Shown: positions 18,906-26,988 of the stretch, piece by piece
Numbering within the stretch: position 1 is the stretch's first letter
How the letters are laid out: each line of letters begins with the position of its first letter
DNA from: an uncultured virus (IMG/VR IMGVR_UViG_3300042691_027621)
Taxonomy: Duplodnaviria; Heunggongvirae; Uroviricota; Caudoviricetes
Reading direction: 5' to 3' (one strand)
Virus record (IMG/VR): IMGVR_UViG_3300042691_027621
Location: 1-64,000 of that record
DNA: 64,000 nucleotides
Program-made: the position numbers and the translations under genes
Notes under the pieces: generated by a model
Told to the model about the DNA's origin: nothing
Databases searched by the model: none
What the model saw: only the letters and a program-made list of their open reading frames with translations

Positions 18906-19120
18906 CCTTAAGCTACGAAGAAATTGACAAGCTGGTCCAACAAATGGATCAGGAGGCTGACTCATTGCGCAAACAAGGACTCAAAATGTCATGGTACATG
19001 CGAGGAGGAGCTTCTTACGAGGATGTGATGAACATGAGCTATCATGAACGTGCCATGCTCAATGAGTTGATCAAAGAAAACTTAGAAACCACACAAAAAT
19101 CCAAACTACCATTCTTCTAA
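18884..19120 (+). CDS. Unannotated gp51-like chaperone segment in the -1 frame (own ATG at 18944, or reached by frameshift at 18884-18890)
   Basis: Manual translation FFRSRLLTLSYEEIDKLVQQMDQEADSLRKQGLKMSWYMRGGASYEDVMNMSYHERAMLNELIKENLETTQKSKLPFF*. Its TAA overlaps the next ATG. Confidence 0.75.
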   Translation, partial: FFRSRLLTLSYEEIDKLVQQMDQEADSLRKQGLKMSWYMRGGASYEDVMNMSYHERAMLNELIKENLETTQKSKLPFF

Positions 19121-19626
19121 TGTTAGATATAGAAAAAGTTAAACGAGATATTGAGCAGTGGATTGTGAACTTTGTAGAAGTTCCGCACCCTGCGTTGGGC
19201 GGATTTCCGCCTTGTCCTTACGCCCGTAGTTCACGACTTAAAAACAGTTATGATGTGATCATTGGCACAGATCCTTACTATGATCTCAATAATCAAGCAC
19301 GCCACGGCATGGGCGACAAAGAAGTTGTTATATATGTTTATGATCCTGTGGAATGGCCACATGACCAGTTTGCAGCAAATATAGATCAGGCCAATCAAGA
19401 CTTTTTGCTGGCTGCTGACTTGTTGTCTTTGGAAGATCATCCTGCTGATCAAGAGATAGTCAACGGAATTTGTATGAATCAAGGCACTTATGCACTAGCA
19501 CTAGTGCAAAGTGTAAGCGATCTTGATGCCAAAGCACGCTTGATGGCACGCAAAGGCTTCTATGATACTTGGCCGGAAGACTATCTTACAGCACTATTTC
19601 AACACAGAGAGGATCCTCGAAAGTGA
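19120..19626 (+). CDS. DUF1415-like protein
   Basis: W..NFVE......PCPYAR, LEDHP and LVQ...DL motifs; translationally coupled on both sides. Confidence 0.55.
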   Translation: MLDIEKVKRDIEQWIVNFVEVPHPALGGFPPCPYARSSRLKNSYDVIIGTDPYYDLNNQARHGMGDKEVVIYVYDPVEWPHDQFAANIDQANQDFLLAADLLSLEDHPADQEIVNGICMNQGTYALALVQSVSDLDAKARLMARKGFYDTWPEDYLTALFQHREDPRK

Positions 19627-20054
19627 CGTACCAGTTTGCCAGAATCAATTTAGAAAAAACAACATACCAGCCCCAAGTGGATTGGTTCTATATCACTGAG
19701 CCTGATATTGCTGAACTGCAAGACATTTATCGAACCTACTGCATCTACAAACACTTTGGCAGTGTGATGCCGTTGTTTGACAGCCAGTTCACAGAACCAG
19801 GTATGGATCTCATTGGCTACAGGGATCAAGGCCAACTGGTGGCGTTTTCAATGATGAAACGCTACGATGACAAAAATTTATTAGCCGCACAATTTGCCTG
19901 GAACTATCGCAAACCCCGATTACGTTTGGGAATTTCAAGTTTACAGACAGAATGTGCAATCTACAGACAGCGAGGATTTGAATACTTGTATTTGGATCAA
20001 GCGCACTTGTACAAACAGGACCTCGAAGGTTTTGAAATACTAGGACCACTATAA
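19623..20054 (+). CDS. Aminoacyl-tRNA-protein transferase-like GNAT protein (ATE_C/Bpt-like)
   Basis: GQLVAFS...AQFAWNY..PRLRLG..SLQTE....RQRGFEYLYL...YKQ...FEIL parallels the ATE1/Bpt C-terminal domain. GTG start at 19623 overlaps the upstream TGA. Confidence 0.6.
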   Translation: MTYQFARINLEKTTYQPQVDWFYITEPDIAELQDIYRTYCIYKHFGSVMPLFDSQFTEPGMDLIGYRDQGQLVAFSMMKRYDDKNLLAAQFAWNYRKPRLRLGISSLQTECAIYRQRGFEYLYLDQAHLYKQDLEGFEILGPL

Positions 20055-20389
20055 TGGACATTTACACAATTTGGGCAGACAAAGAAGGCGACATCTCAGA
20101 CTTGGACTGGGTCAACGGCATGAAAAGTTTCTTTGATCATTTGAAATCAGAAGGCCGGATGGAAGACTATCGCATCACTAGATGCAAGATGGGTTTTAGG
20201 TCAATCGCAGACATGCCGGAATGGATGATACTGATGGAGTTCCGAGACATGGCGCAGATGGACTCAGCATTTAAACGTGTTGCTCCTCTTGAAGGCGAAC
20301 TAGAAACCAAACACAAGTCATTCAATCAGTTTGTTTCTGGAACCATACAACATGCACTGTTCCGTGACTGGCCGGACCAGAATCTATGA
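20054..20389 (+). CDS. DUF6614-like small alpha/beta-barrel protein
   Basis: HLKSEG...YRITRCKMGF...MEFRDMAQMDSAF...H...ALFRDWPD pattern. Confidence 0.55.
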   Translation: MDIYTIWADKEGDISDLDWVNGMKSFFDHLKSEGRMEDYRITRCKMGFRSIADMPEWMILMEFRDMAQMDSAFKRVAPLEGELETKHKSFNQFVSGTIQHALFRDWPDQNL

Positions 20390-20760
20390 AAGTCATGGCA
20401 CCTATATCAGTAGGTGAACTGATTGACAAAATCACCATTCTAGAAATCAAACAACTCAGTGCTCGCACAGATCAACAGCGTGGCAACATTGATCGTGAAC
20501 TAGAACAGCTGATCAACATACTTGACTCATTGAGTCTGACTGAAGAGATTGCTGATTTACGAGCCAAGCTACGCGGGGTCAATCAAGCATTGTGGTACAT
20601 TGAAGACTACAAACGCCAATGCGAACGAGCTGACAGTTTTGAAGCTGGTTTTATCACGGCCGCAAGACAAGTTTATATCAAGAACGATCAACGTGCTGAC
20701 ATCAAACGCAAGATCAACGAGCTGTGTGGCAGTGATATCGTAGAAGAAAAAATTTACTAA
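20386..20760 (+). CDS. DUF6165 family protein
   Basis: PISVGELIDKITILEIK, VNQALWYIED, ARQVYIKNDQRADIKRKIN and GSDIVEEKIY motifs. Confidence 0.8.
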   Translation: MKVMAPISVGELIDKITILEIKQLSARTDQQRGNIDRELEQLINILDSLSLTEEIADLRAKLRGVNQALWYIEDYKRQCERADSFEAGFITAARQVYIKNDQRADIKRKINELCGSDIVEEKIY

Positions 20761-20772
20761 CAATATCAAATC

Positions 20773-21843
20773 ATGACAACAAAAATCATTGCTTTTTTAA
20801 CTGGAACAAATACTGGTTGCACATTTCTTGATTGGAGTGTGTTGTATTTGTCAGGGCAGACTGAGTTTTATTCATTCTTAGACCAAGATTACATACCATT
20901 GACACATAATCCAGTGACTCCGCTCAATGCGCACGGACACAAGAAAAATCATCTATGTGGGTTTGATCGAAACTCCGAAGAAGTCAAAACATTTTTGAAT
21001 CATTGTCAGGGGTTGTTGACCTTGTACCCTTGGACCTTGCGTTTTTCACAGGCTGCTGAACAAAACGGTATAGACATAGAATCTTCAATTCTTACGCAAG
21101 ATTTGATTGACAAGATTGAAGATTCCATGGCTCAGGATTTAAAAAAACTTTGGTTGTATTTGCATTCATTACAAGCCAAAGTGGTGTACGTAGAAGACGA
21201 TCCTAATCTGTCCTTGGCACATGTGGACCGTCGCAGTACTGAAGGTGGCATTAAAATGTTTAAGCCATCAACTCTAGAAGAAATTGACAAAGAATATCAA
21301 GAAATATTTTATTCAGACAGTATAAAAGCCTGGCAAGATCTTGGACTAAACAACATCTGGGATGACAGAGAACGGCGTGCATTAGACTTTCGACATCACC
21401 TTGACTACACACAAGCTAGGCAGCATATGATGCCATTTGATCTACCTCATCTAAGAGTCAACACCTCTGAGCTTTGGACGCAAGGAGAATGGGTAATAAA
21501 ACAGGTCATGGCTTTTTGTGAGCTTGAGATTGACCAATCTCGTTGGGAACACTGGACGGTTATGTATCAGCAATGGAAAGATAAACTGCAACAGAGAATA
21601 TTATTCTGTTATAGATTACCAACAATATTGAAATCCATAGTTAATAATTGGTATTACGACATTGGTGAGCTGACATTCATGCAAGAAGTTGTAGTGCAAC
21701 ATCTGTTGATTTACAAACATCAGTTGAATCTCAAAACATGGGAATTGTCTAAATTTCCACGCAATGCACAAGACCTACACAAACTTCTGGAACCAAATAT
21801 ACATTCAGTGCCAGACATCTACAATATAAGATCTACTGCGTAG
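20773..21843 (+). CDS. Hypothetical protein, possibly with a sulfotransferase-like P-loop fold
   Basis: 356-aa AT-rich ORF; the N-terminal beta strand followed by TGCTFLDWS resembles a 5'-PSB loop. Weak evidence. Confidence 0.4.
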   Translation: MTTKIIAFLTGTNTGCTFLDWSVLYLSGQTEFYSFLDQDYIPLTHNPVTPLNAHGHKKNHLCGFDRNSEEVKTFLNHCQGLLTLYPWTLRFSQAAEQNGIDIESSILTQDLIDKIEDSMAQDLKKLWLYLHSLQAKVVYVEDDPNLSLAHVDRRSTEGGIKMFKPSTLEEIDKEYQEIFYSDSIKAWQDLGLNNIWDDRERRALDFRHHLDYTQARQHMMPFDLPHLRVNTSELWTQGEWVIKQVMAFCELEIDQSRWEHWTVMYQQWKDKLQQRILFCYRLPTILKSIVNNWYYDIGELTFMQEVVVQHLLIYKHQLNLKTWELSKFPRNAQDLHKLLEPNIHSVPDIYNIRSTA

Positions 21844-21844
21844 A

Positions 21845-22275
21845 TCAGTTGTTTTCGCTATCGCTCAACAACTATTTTATTTAAAGAGCGAAGCGATTAA
21901 GTATTCATCCAGATCCAATGGTCACACTTTGCCCGCACAGGGCAAAGAAACTTCATCCGAGTCGGGCAAGTCACTTAGCGTTACAGCATTGCAGAGGCGG
22001 TTGTCCGGTACCTCGAGCTGCGTCTTTATCACAACGGCGGTTTGTATCACATACGCTAACATGCATACAAACGTGTACTATCACTAGTACGTCTTTTTCC
22101 CTTTTAAAATTCTGTTCAAACAATCAAACCGCAGGTGTTAAGCGATCGTGGTCCTGTCAAGGATACTGATTGAGTGCTCGCTGGCGCGGCGAGGCTTCGG
22201 ATCCCTGCGACACTGGGCCCAGGTTTCTACTGTTCGGCACACGAGGTTGACCTGTGCGAGTCCTAACTGCCTAGT
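21845..22275 (-). ncRNA. Candidate large structured non-coding RNA (~430 nt)
   Basis: The largest gap without a credible ORF in a gene-dense window. It has at least eight stems, a GUGA tetraloop on the minus strand and a possible 7-bp pseudoknot. Confidence 0.6.
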
Positions 22276-22704
22276 TTAGATTTTGTTGATTATGTGACTG
22301 CCATGTACACGAACTTGGATGTGTCCGTTATACCAGTCTTTTGATTCTAGCACTCTGCGTGAAAATTGTTCTCTTGCTTCGATATAGCTGCACTCTGATT
22401 TGCTTTTACAGTAATAAAGTATTTCTCTTGTAAAATTGTCTTTGCCTAAAAGTTCTACATCCTTGGACAGTTCTGGTGAGCTACCGTAGTAGTCTCTCCA
22501 GTCTGAATCCACTTTGGTGCGAATCTTCTTTTTCTTTTTAGTGCCGTTCTTGAGTTTGACTGTACGTTGTGTGGTACGAGAGAATTTTGCTAGTTTTTTG
22601 CCTATGTATTTGCGTTGATTGGTGACGTTGGTTATAAGATACACAAAGCCTACGCAGTCTTCGGGTAGCTCCTCTACAAGTTGATTGTTGTAAAACCATG
22701 TCAT
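22276..22704 (-). CDS. Minimal GIY-YIG (Seg-like) endonuclease
   Basis: GFVYLITN...RKYIGKK, DYYGSS, FTREIL, EAREQF and WYNG motifs; 142 aa with no separate DNA-binding domain. Confidence 0.85.
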   Translation of the reverse strand: MTWFYNNQLVEELPEDCVGFVYLITNVTNQRKYIGKKLAKFSRTTQRTVKLKNGTKKKKKIRTKVDSDWRDYYGSSPELSKDVELLGKDNFTREILYYCKSKSECSYIEAREQFSRRVLESKDWYNGHIQVRVHGSHIINKI

Positions 22705-22741
22705 CCATGTTAGTTATCTGCTGCCTGTCTAAATGTTATTT

Positions 22742-24505
22742 TTATGCCAAATCTACGTCAGTATTGTATTGTGTAAAGCCGTTTTCTTTGATCACTTTGA
22801 GAATGTTCTCAACACGACCAGCTAGTTCGTCTTTGTGACTCACAAGCCAGATACTCTTGTGGCGTTCGCGACTCATCTTCTTCAACAAGCCCAGACCGTT
22901 TTCTACACCCTGTGTGTCCAGACCATTGTCCATGAGCTCGTCGATGAACAGCAAGTTGATGGGATGATATAGGCTTTCCCAAACATCGCGGAATGCCCAG
23001 CTCATTGAAAGTATCAATCGGGTACGTTCGCCGCGACTCAAGTTATCAAAGTCCAGTTCTCGACCCAGTTCTTCAATGCTCACAGAAAGATCATTCTGGA
23101 ACTTTACTGTGTGTGGAAGACCAATACGATCCAAGTAGTGTGTGAGACGTTGATTGAGATAGCTCAAGTTTTGGTCAATGATTTTCTTGCGCACAAAGCT
23201 GTCTTTTGATGTTAACAGTTTTAGCAAGAAGTCTTGATGCTCTTGCAGCCTGGTAAGATCATTCAGTGTATCGTAGCTTACTGTCTGTAGAGCTTGGCCT
23301 TGCATGTCAGAAATTTGTTCGCCATACGGGTCTACCTCATTTTGACGAGTTTCTAGACTGTTTTTAAGTGTGCTCAAAGTATTGCGATGGTTTAGTGCAT
23401 TTTCCAAGGTATCGTAGAACACAATGGGTGCTGTGCCCAACGGACCCAGTTTGGACAATGTGTCTTGATGTTCTTGCCTTTGAGTATCATTGGCCAGGAG
23501 TTGCAGTGCAATTTCCTGTAGGCTTTTTTCGCGATCAGCACGAACTTTGTCTAAACTGTTGTCGTGTATCTCTGTACCACAAGCAAAACACCGATGTTGT
23601 TGGATCTCTTTAAGATCTTTGTCTAGTTGTTGTTTTTGTTTTTGTAGCTTGATGTCGTCAGTGGCAATTTGTCGTATCCAAAGATTCAAGTCATCAATGG
23701 ATTTTTTCTTGACGTGATAGGCGTCAAGATCACGATGGGCCTGGATTTCAACGTCAATGTTGATGTGTTCTAGGTCTGTGATAGCTTGTGCAAAATTTGC
23801 ACAATCCTCAGTTTGTTTTTTCAACCAAAGTGTCTGGCGCTTGCGCAGGCTTTCTATCTGCTCTTCAATGCGCTTGTTGGCTTCTTGTACTGCACGAATG
23901 CGAAATTCTTCTTGCGAGATAGCATCCTTGGTTTGTCGATTTAACTCTTTGACACGATCTGCACGTTCGCTGAGTTGCGTAATACCCAACAACTGTTCAA
24001 TGATGATTCTTTGTTCATTGGCTTTCAGACTCAGGAACGGTTCGGTATAAGTGTTCAGAGCCAGTACATGTTTAAACATGTCATGACTCATACCTAGTAT
24101 ATGCTCAATAGCATCCTGCGTTTCTCTGCTGTCACCTTGTGCTTCATCAGTAGCAGACTGTTCTTCGTTGTTGACGTAAAACTTCAGCACATTGGGTTTG
24201 CGTCCACGTTCAATCTTGTATTCTTTGCTGCCAACTGAAAAATCCAAACTCACCAACATGTGTTTAGCATTGGTCTTGTTCACAAGATTGTCCTTGCGAA
24301 TGTTTGACAGTGCATTGCCATACAAGGCATAGCTCAGTGCATTGATGATGGTGGTCTTACCAGTGCCGTTGCGACTGCCATCGCCACCTAGGTCAAGGTT
24401 CTCGCCTAGTACTAGAGTAAGGTCTCTGCGGTCAAAGTCAATGCCTTGTGTGGCATTGCCCACACTCATAAAGTTTTTTACAGTTAAATTTTTAAAACGA
24501 ATCAA
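22742..24505 (-). CDS. gp46: Recombination endonuclease ATPase subunit (gp46; SbcC/Rad50-like)
   Basis: KNFMSVGN, Walker A NGTGKTT, Zn-hook CFAC, signature LSRGE, Walker B LLFIDE and VSHK motifs. TTG start with a GGAG SD. Confidence 0.95.
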   Translation of the reverse strand: MIRFKNLTVKNFMSVGNATQGIDFDRRDLTLVLGENLDLGGDGSRNGTGKTTIINALSYALYGNALSNIRKDNLVNKTNAKHMLVSLDFSVGSKEYKIERGRKPNVLKFYVNNEEQSATDEAQGDSRETQDAIEHILGMSHDMFKHVLALNTYTEPFLSLKANEQRIIIEQLLGITQLSERADRVKELNRQTKDAISQEEFRIRAVQEANKRIEEQIESLRKRQTLWLKKQTEDCANFAQAITDLEHINIDVEIQAHRDLDAYHVKKKSIDDLNLWIRQIATDDIKLQKQKQQLDKDLKEIQQHRCFACGTEIHDNSLDKVRADREKSLQEIALQLLANDTQRQEHQDTLSKLGPLGTAPIVFYDTLENALNHRNTLSTLKNSLETRQNEVDPYGEQISDMQGQALQTVSYDTLNDLTRLQEHQDFLLKLLTSKDSFVRKKIIDQNLSYLNQRLTHYLDRIGLPHTVKFQNDLSVSIEELGRELDFDNLSRGERTRLILSMSWAFRDVWESLYHPINLLFIDELMDNGLDTQGVENGLGLLKKMSRERHKSIWLVSHKDELAGRVENILKVIKENGFTQYNTDVDLA

Positions 24506-24527
24506 TATCTACTCCGCAATAGTACAT

Positions 24528-24556
24528 AGTGTAGCAATTTTTAAGAAGTTAAGCAA
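24528..24556 (-). promoter_or_regulatory. sigma70-type promoter for gp46
   Basis: TTGCTT-17 nt-TACACT with an extended -10 TG. Confidence 0.6.
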
Positions 24557-24565
24557 GTTTTTCGA

Positions 24566-26035
24566 TCATTTGCACTGTCTAAAATACCGCATCAATTTTT
24601 GTCTATCAATTTTTCTACTTACAGTGTACTCGATTGGATTAAGATGCCTGGCAATTTTGTTAACCTTGACATGGTCAAAATGCCTGTCAAGGTACTGCAA
24701 AAACTCATGCTCGGCAGATTGACTTGGCGCCCATACGCTGAGATACAACTGTTGTTCTTCGTTGTCGATTACAACTGTAGCTCCGTCTACGCCAAACAAA
24801 TCATGAACCATCTTGTCAATGTCACCAAGATTTATCCACTCGTCACCAATTCTGAAATTAGTACCGCGGCCGTAAAAATAATAGTCGTTGTTTATTTTTT
24901 CAAATTTATCTGAACTGGTCTTCCACTGAGTTTCTCCTAGACCAAGAGCTCTAACATAGAGAAAACCGTCAATGATATCAAATTCAAAAAAATCATCTAG
25001 CTGTGGCCCAATGCGATTGGTAATATATTTGTCAGGATCAGTGTCTTGGTCAACGACCTTGACCAAAAATCCATATCCAATGGTAGTATCACCAAATACA
25101 TTTCGAATTGATGCAATATTTTTTTCTTGCATGAGTCGAACACATTGTTCGTTGACATAGAACAACGTAACAATATCCAAATTAAAATCAATCTTTGGAG
25201 TCTGTTCTAAGAAATTGATTAGTTTTTCTGAGCTATAGAGTAAGATTTTGTTGATCTGATGGTCAGTCACATATTTGCACAAATTTTTGTAGTAATTTGA
25301 ATCAGGATAATGGTTAAACACGTAGTGGTTTTTGCTTGTTATAAAACTAGGCAAAAAGTGATAACACATACTAGCACCGTGATGTAAATTATTGGTATGT
25401 AAAGTGTTTTCGTTGGGTTGAAAATTCAAATGTTTACACAGTCGCAGAGTTTGCAAAACAATTTCCTGATGAGTAATTTTGATTTGTCGCGGCAATCCAG
25501 TGGTCCCGCCTGTGGCAGTCCACACAGCATCTACATCGGGAGTTGCAAACGCAGTATTGAGTATTCTCGATACTAGACTATGATTTTGAATTTGATAGTT
25601 GTCAAAGTCTTGTTCAGTTATTATGACATTGCAATTGAGTCGATTCCGTTCGTGATCCCAGAAAGAATAGAAATCTTTGTCGTTGGGATCAGTTTGTCTG
25701 CTGTAAACTATGGCAAAATCAACTTTACCGTGCATGGTCATTCTATGACTAGTTGCATCTTCCAAACTGTAAGCATGCGGCCAATCTACAATCATGATCA
25801 TGCCTAATTCCCACACAGCAAAAACTGCACTATAGTAGTATGCGTTGGTGAGATTAAATTCTAACATCACTGTCTGCCCTGGCCGAGCCTTGTATTTTTC
25901 TACCAGCAGTATTTTCCAGTAGTCAATCATCTCACAGAATTCATCTCTGTCGATTTGAAAAATTTCTCCTGTGTTTAGATTTTCTTGGTGCAGAACAAAG
26001 TCTGCAGATATTAGATTCCTCGAAAGAATGTTCAT
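24566..26035 (-). CDS. Adenylate-forming (ANL/AMP-binding superfamily) enzyme, divergent
   Basis: TATGGTTGLPR (A3), NLHHGAS (A4), FGDTTIG (A5), WKTSSD (A7), YGRG...GDEWINLGDID (A8) and RKIDRQKL (A10). Confidence 0.75.
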   Translation of the reverse strand: MNILSRNLISADFVLHQENLNTGEIFQIDRDEFCEMIDYWKILLVEKYKARPGQTVMLEFNLTNAYYYSAVFAVWELGMIMIVDWPHAYSLEDATSHRMTMHGKVDFAIVYSRQTDPNDKDFYSFWDHERNRLNCNVIITEQDFDNYQIQNHSLVSRILNTAFATPDVDAVWTATGGTTGLPRQIKITHQEIVLQTLRLCKHLNFQPNENTLHTNNLHHGASMCYHFLPSFITSKNHYVFNHYPDSNYYKNLCKYVTDHQINKILLYSSEKLINFLEQTPKIDFNLDIVTLFYVNEQCVRLMQEKNIASIRNVFGDTTIGYGFLVKVVDQDTDPDKYITNRIGPQLDDFFEFDIIDGFLYVRALGLGETQWKTSSDKFEKINNDYYFYGRGTNFRIGDEWINLGDIDKMVHDLFGVDGATVVIDNEEQQLYLSVWAPSQSAEHEFLQYLDRHFDHVKVNKIARHLNPIEYTVSRKIDRQKLMRYFRQCK

Positions 26036-26976
26036 TGTTGCGAGCTAATGTTAAATTTGGAAATAATTGCGTTGTACTGTGTTTGATCGTTCTTGACTTT
26101 TTGTTTAAAATTGTTCAACGACATGGTGTGTAAAGAAATGTAGTCAAATCTTGACATAGTTTCTTGTACCCGTTGATCTTTTACTGCGTCACGTAGATCT
26201 CTTTCCAGTTGTTCTTTTACTGCTCGGGGAGCAGAGCTTGGCACATAAAAAGCACACCATGCAATTAGAGTAGTGATATTTTTACCAGTTAGTTCTTTTA
26301 CTGTTGGAATGTTAGGATAGCGAGAATCTCGTTGCTCGGCAGCAATAGCAAACCATTTGTTTTTGCCAGCTTGGACCATGCTTTTGGTTGTTCCGGTACT
26401 GCCAAATCCATATGCTACTTGTTTGGTAGAAATATCAGCTTGCCAAGTACCAAAATCTTTATAAGGTACGTGAGTGGCCTTGTCTGTGAACAACAAACCA
26501 TATTCAGCTCCTAATATATGACCCACTGAACCAATGTTCCAAGAGCTATAGGAAGGATTTTTCAAAATTTCTTGTTTAAGATCGTTGTAGGTCTGAATGC
26601 TAGCTGATGCAAACAAAGCCATGTTAGCGTCCAATACTGGAGCAACAGGTTCCAATCGACTAATAGGTTCGCTGTTCTTGAACAAAGAAGAATATGCAAC
26701 CACAGTGCCGCCGTCTAAAAAACCAATGGTGTAGCCGTCAGTGGGTTGATCATTGATATGATTCAACCCAATAACTCCAGCGCCCCCGGGTTTGTTTTCT
26801 ACAATCACAGGTTGTTTCCATTTTTCAGTTAGGACTTCAGAAATTTTTCTTGCCATGACATCAGGACCTGAGCCTACTCCAACTGACAAGACAATTTTCA
26901 CAGGTTTCTCGGGCCATGTTTGTGCATTAACAGCAAGAGTTGCAGTCAATGATAGAAGTGATAAAAATTTTTTCAT
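26032..26976 (-). CDS. tctC: Tripartite tricarboxylate transporter substrate-binding protein (Bug/TctC family)
   Basis: Signal peptide, then WPEKPVKIV..GSGPDVMAR, VIVENKPGGAGVIG, DGYTI, HVPYK and RYPNIPTVKE motifs. Confidence 0.9.
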   Translation of the reverse strand: MKKFLSLLSLTATLAVNAQTWPEKPVKIVLSVGVGSGPDVMARKISEVLTEKWKQPVIVENKPGGAGVIGLNHINDQPTDGYTIGFLDGGTVVAYSSLFKNSEPISRLEPVAPVLDANMALFASASIQTYNDLKQEILKNPSYSSWNIGSVGHILGAEYGLLFTDKATHVPYKDFGTWQADISTKQVAYGFGSTGTTKSMVQAGKNKWFAIAAEQRDSRYPNIPTVKELTGKNITTLIAWCAFYVPSSAPRAVKEQLERDLRDAVKDQRVQETMSRFDYISLHTMSLNNFKQKVKNDQTQYNAIISKFNISSQQ

Positions 26977-26988
26977 TTGATTTTTCCT

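Noticed and set aside
21918..22169. 83-aa plus-strand ORF in the large gap
   Set aside because: No SD, atypical composition and no recognisable motif. The region is better explained by RNA or DNA structure.
21845..22275. tRNA, tmRNA, RNase P RNA or group I intron in the gap
   Set aside because: I found no cloverleaf with a T-arm and CCA end, no tmRNA termini, no GAGGAAAGTCC, and no interrupted host gene. This was by eye only; cmscan is needed.
24566..26976. Host chromosomal DNA or a prophage boundary at the tctC/ANL genes
   Set aside because: Both flanks are core phage genes (gp46, gp47) in the same orientation, and no integrase, att site or tctA/tctB is present.
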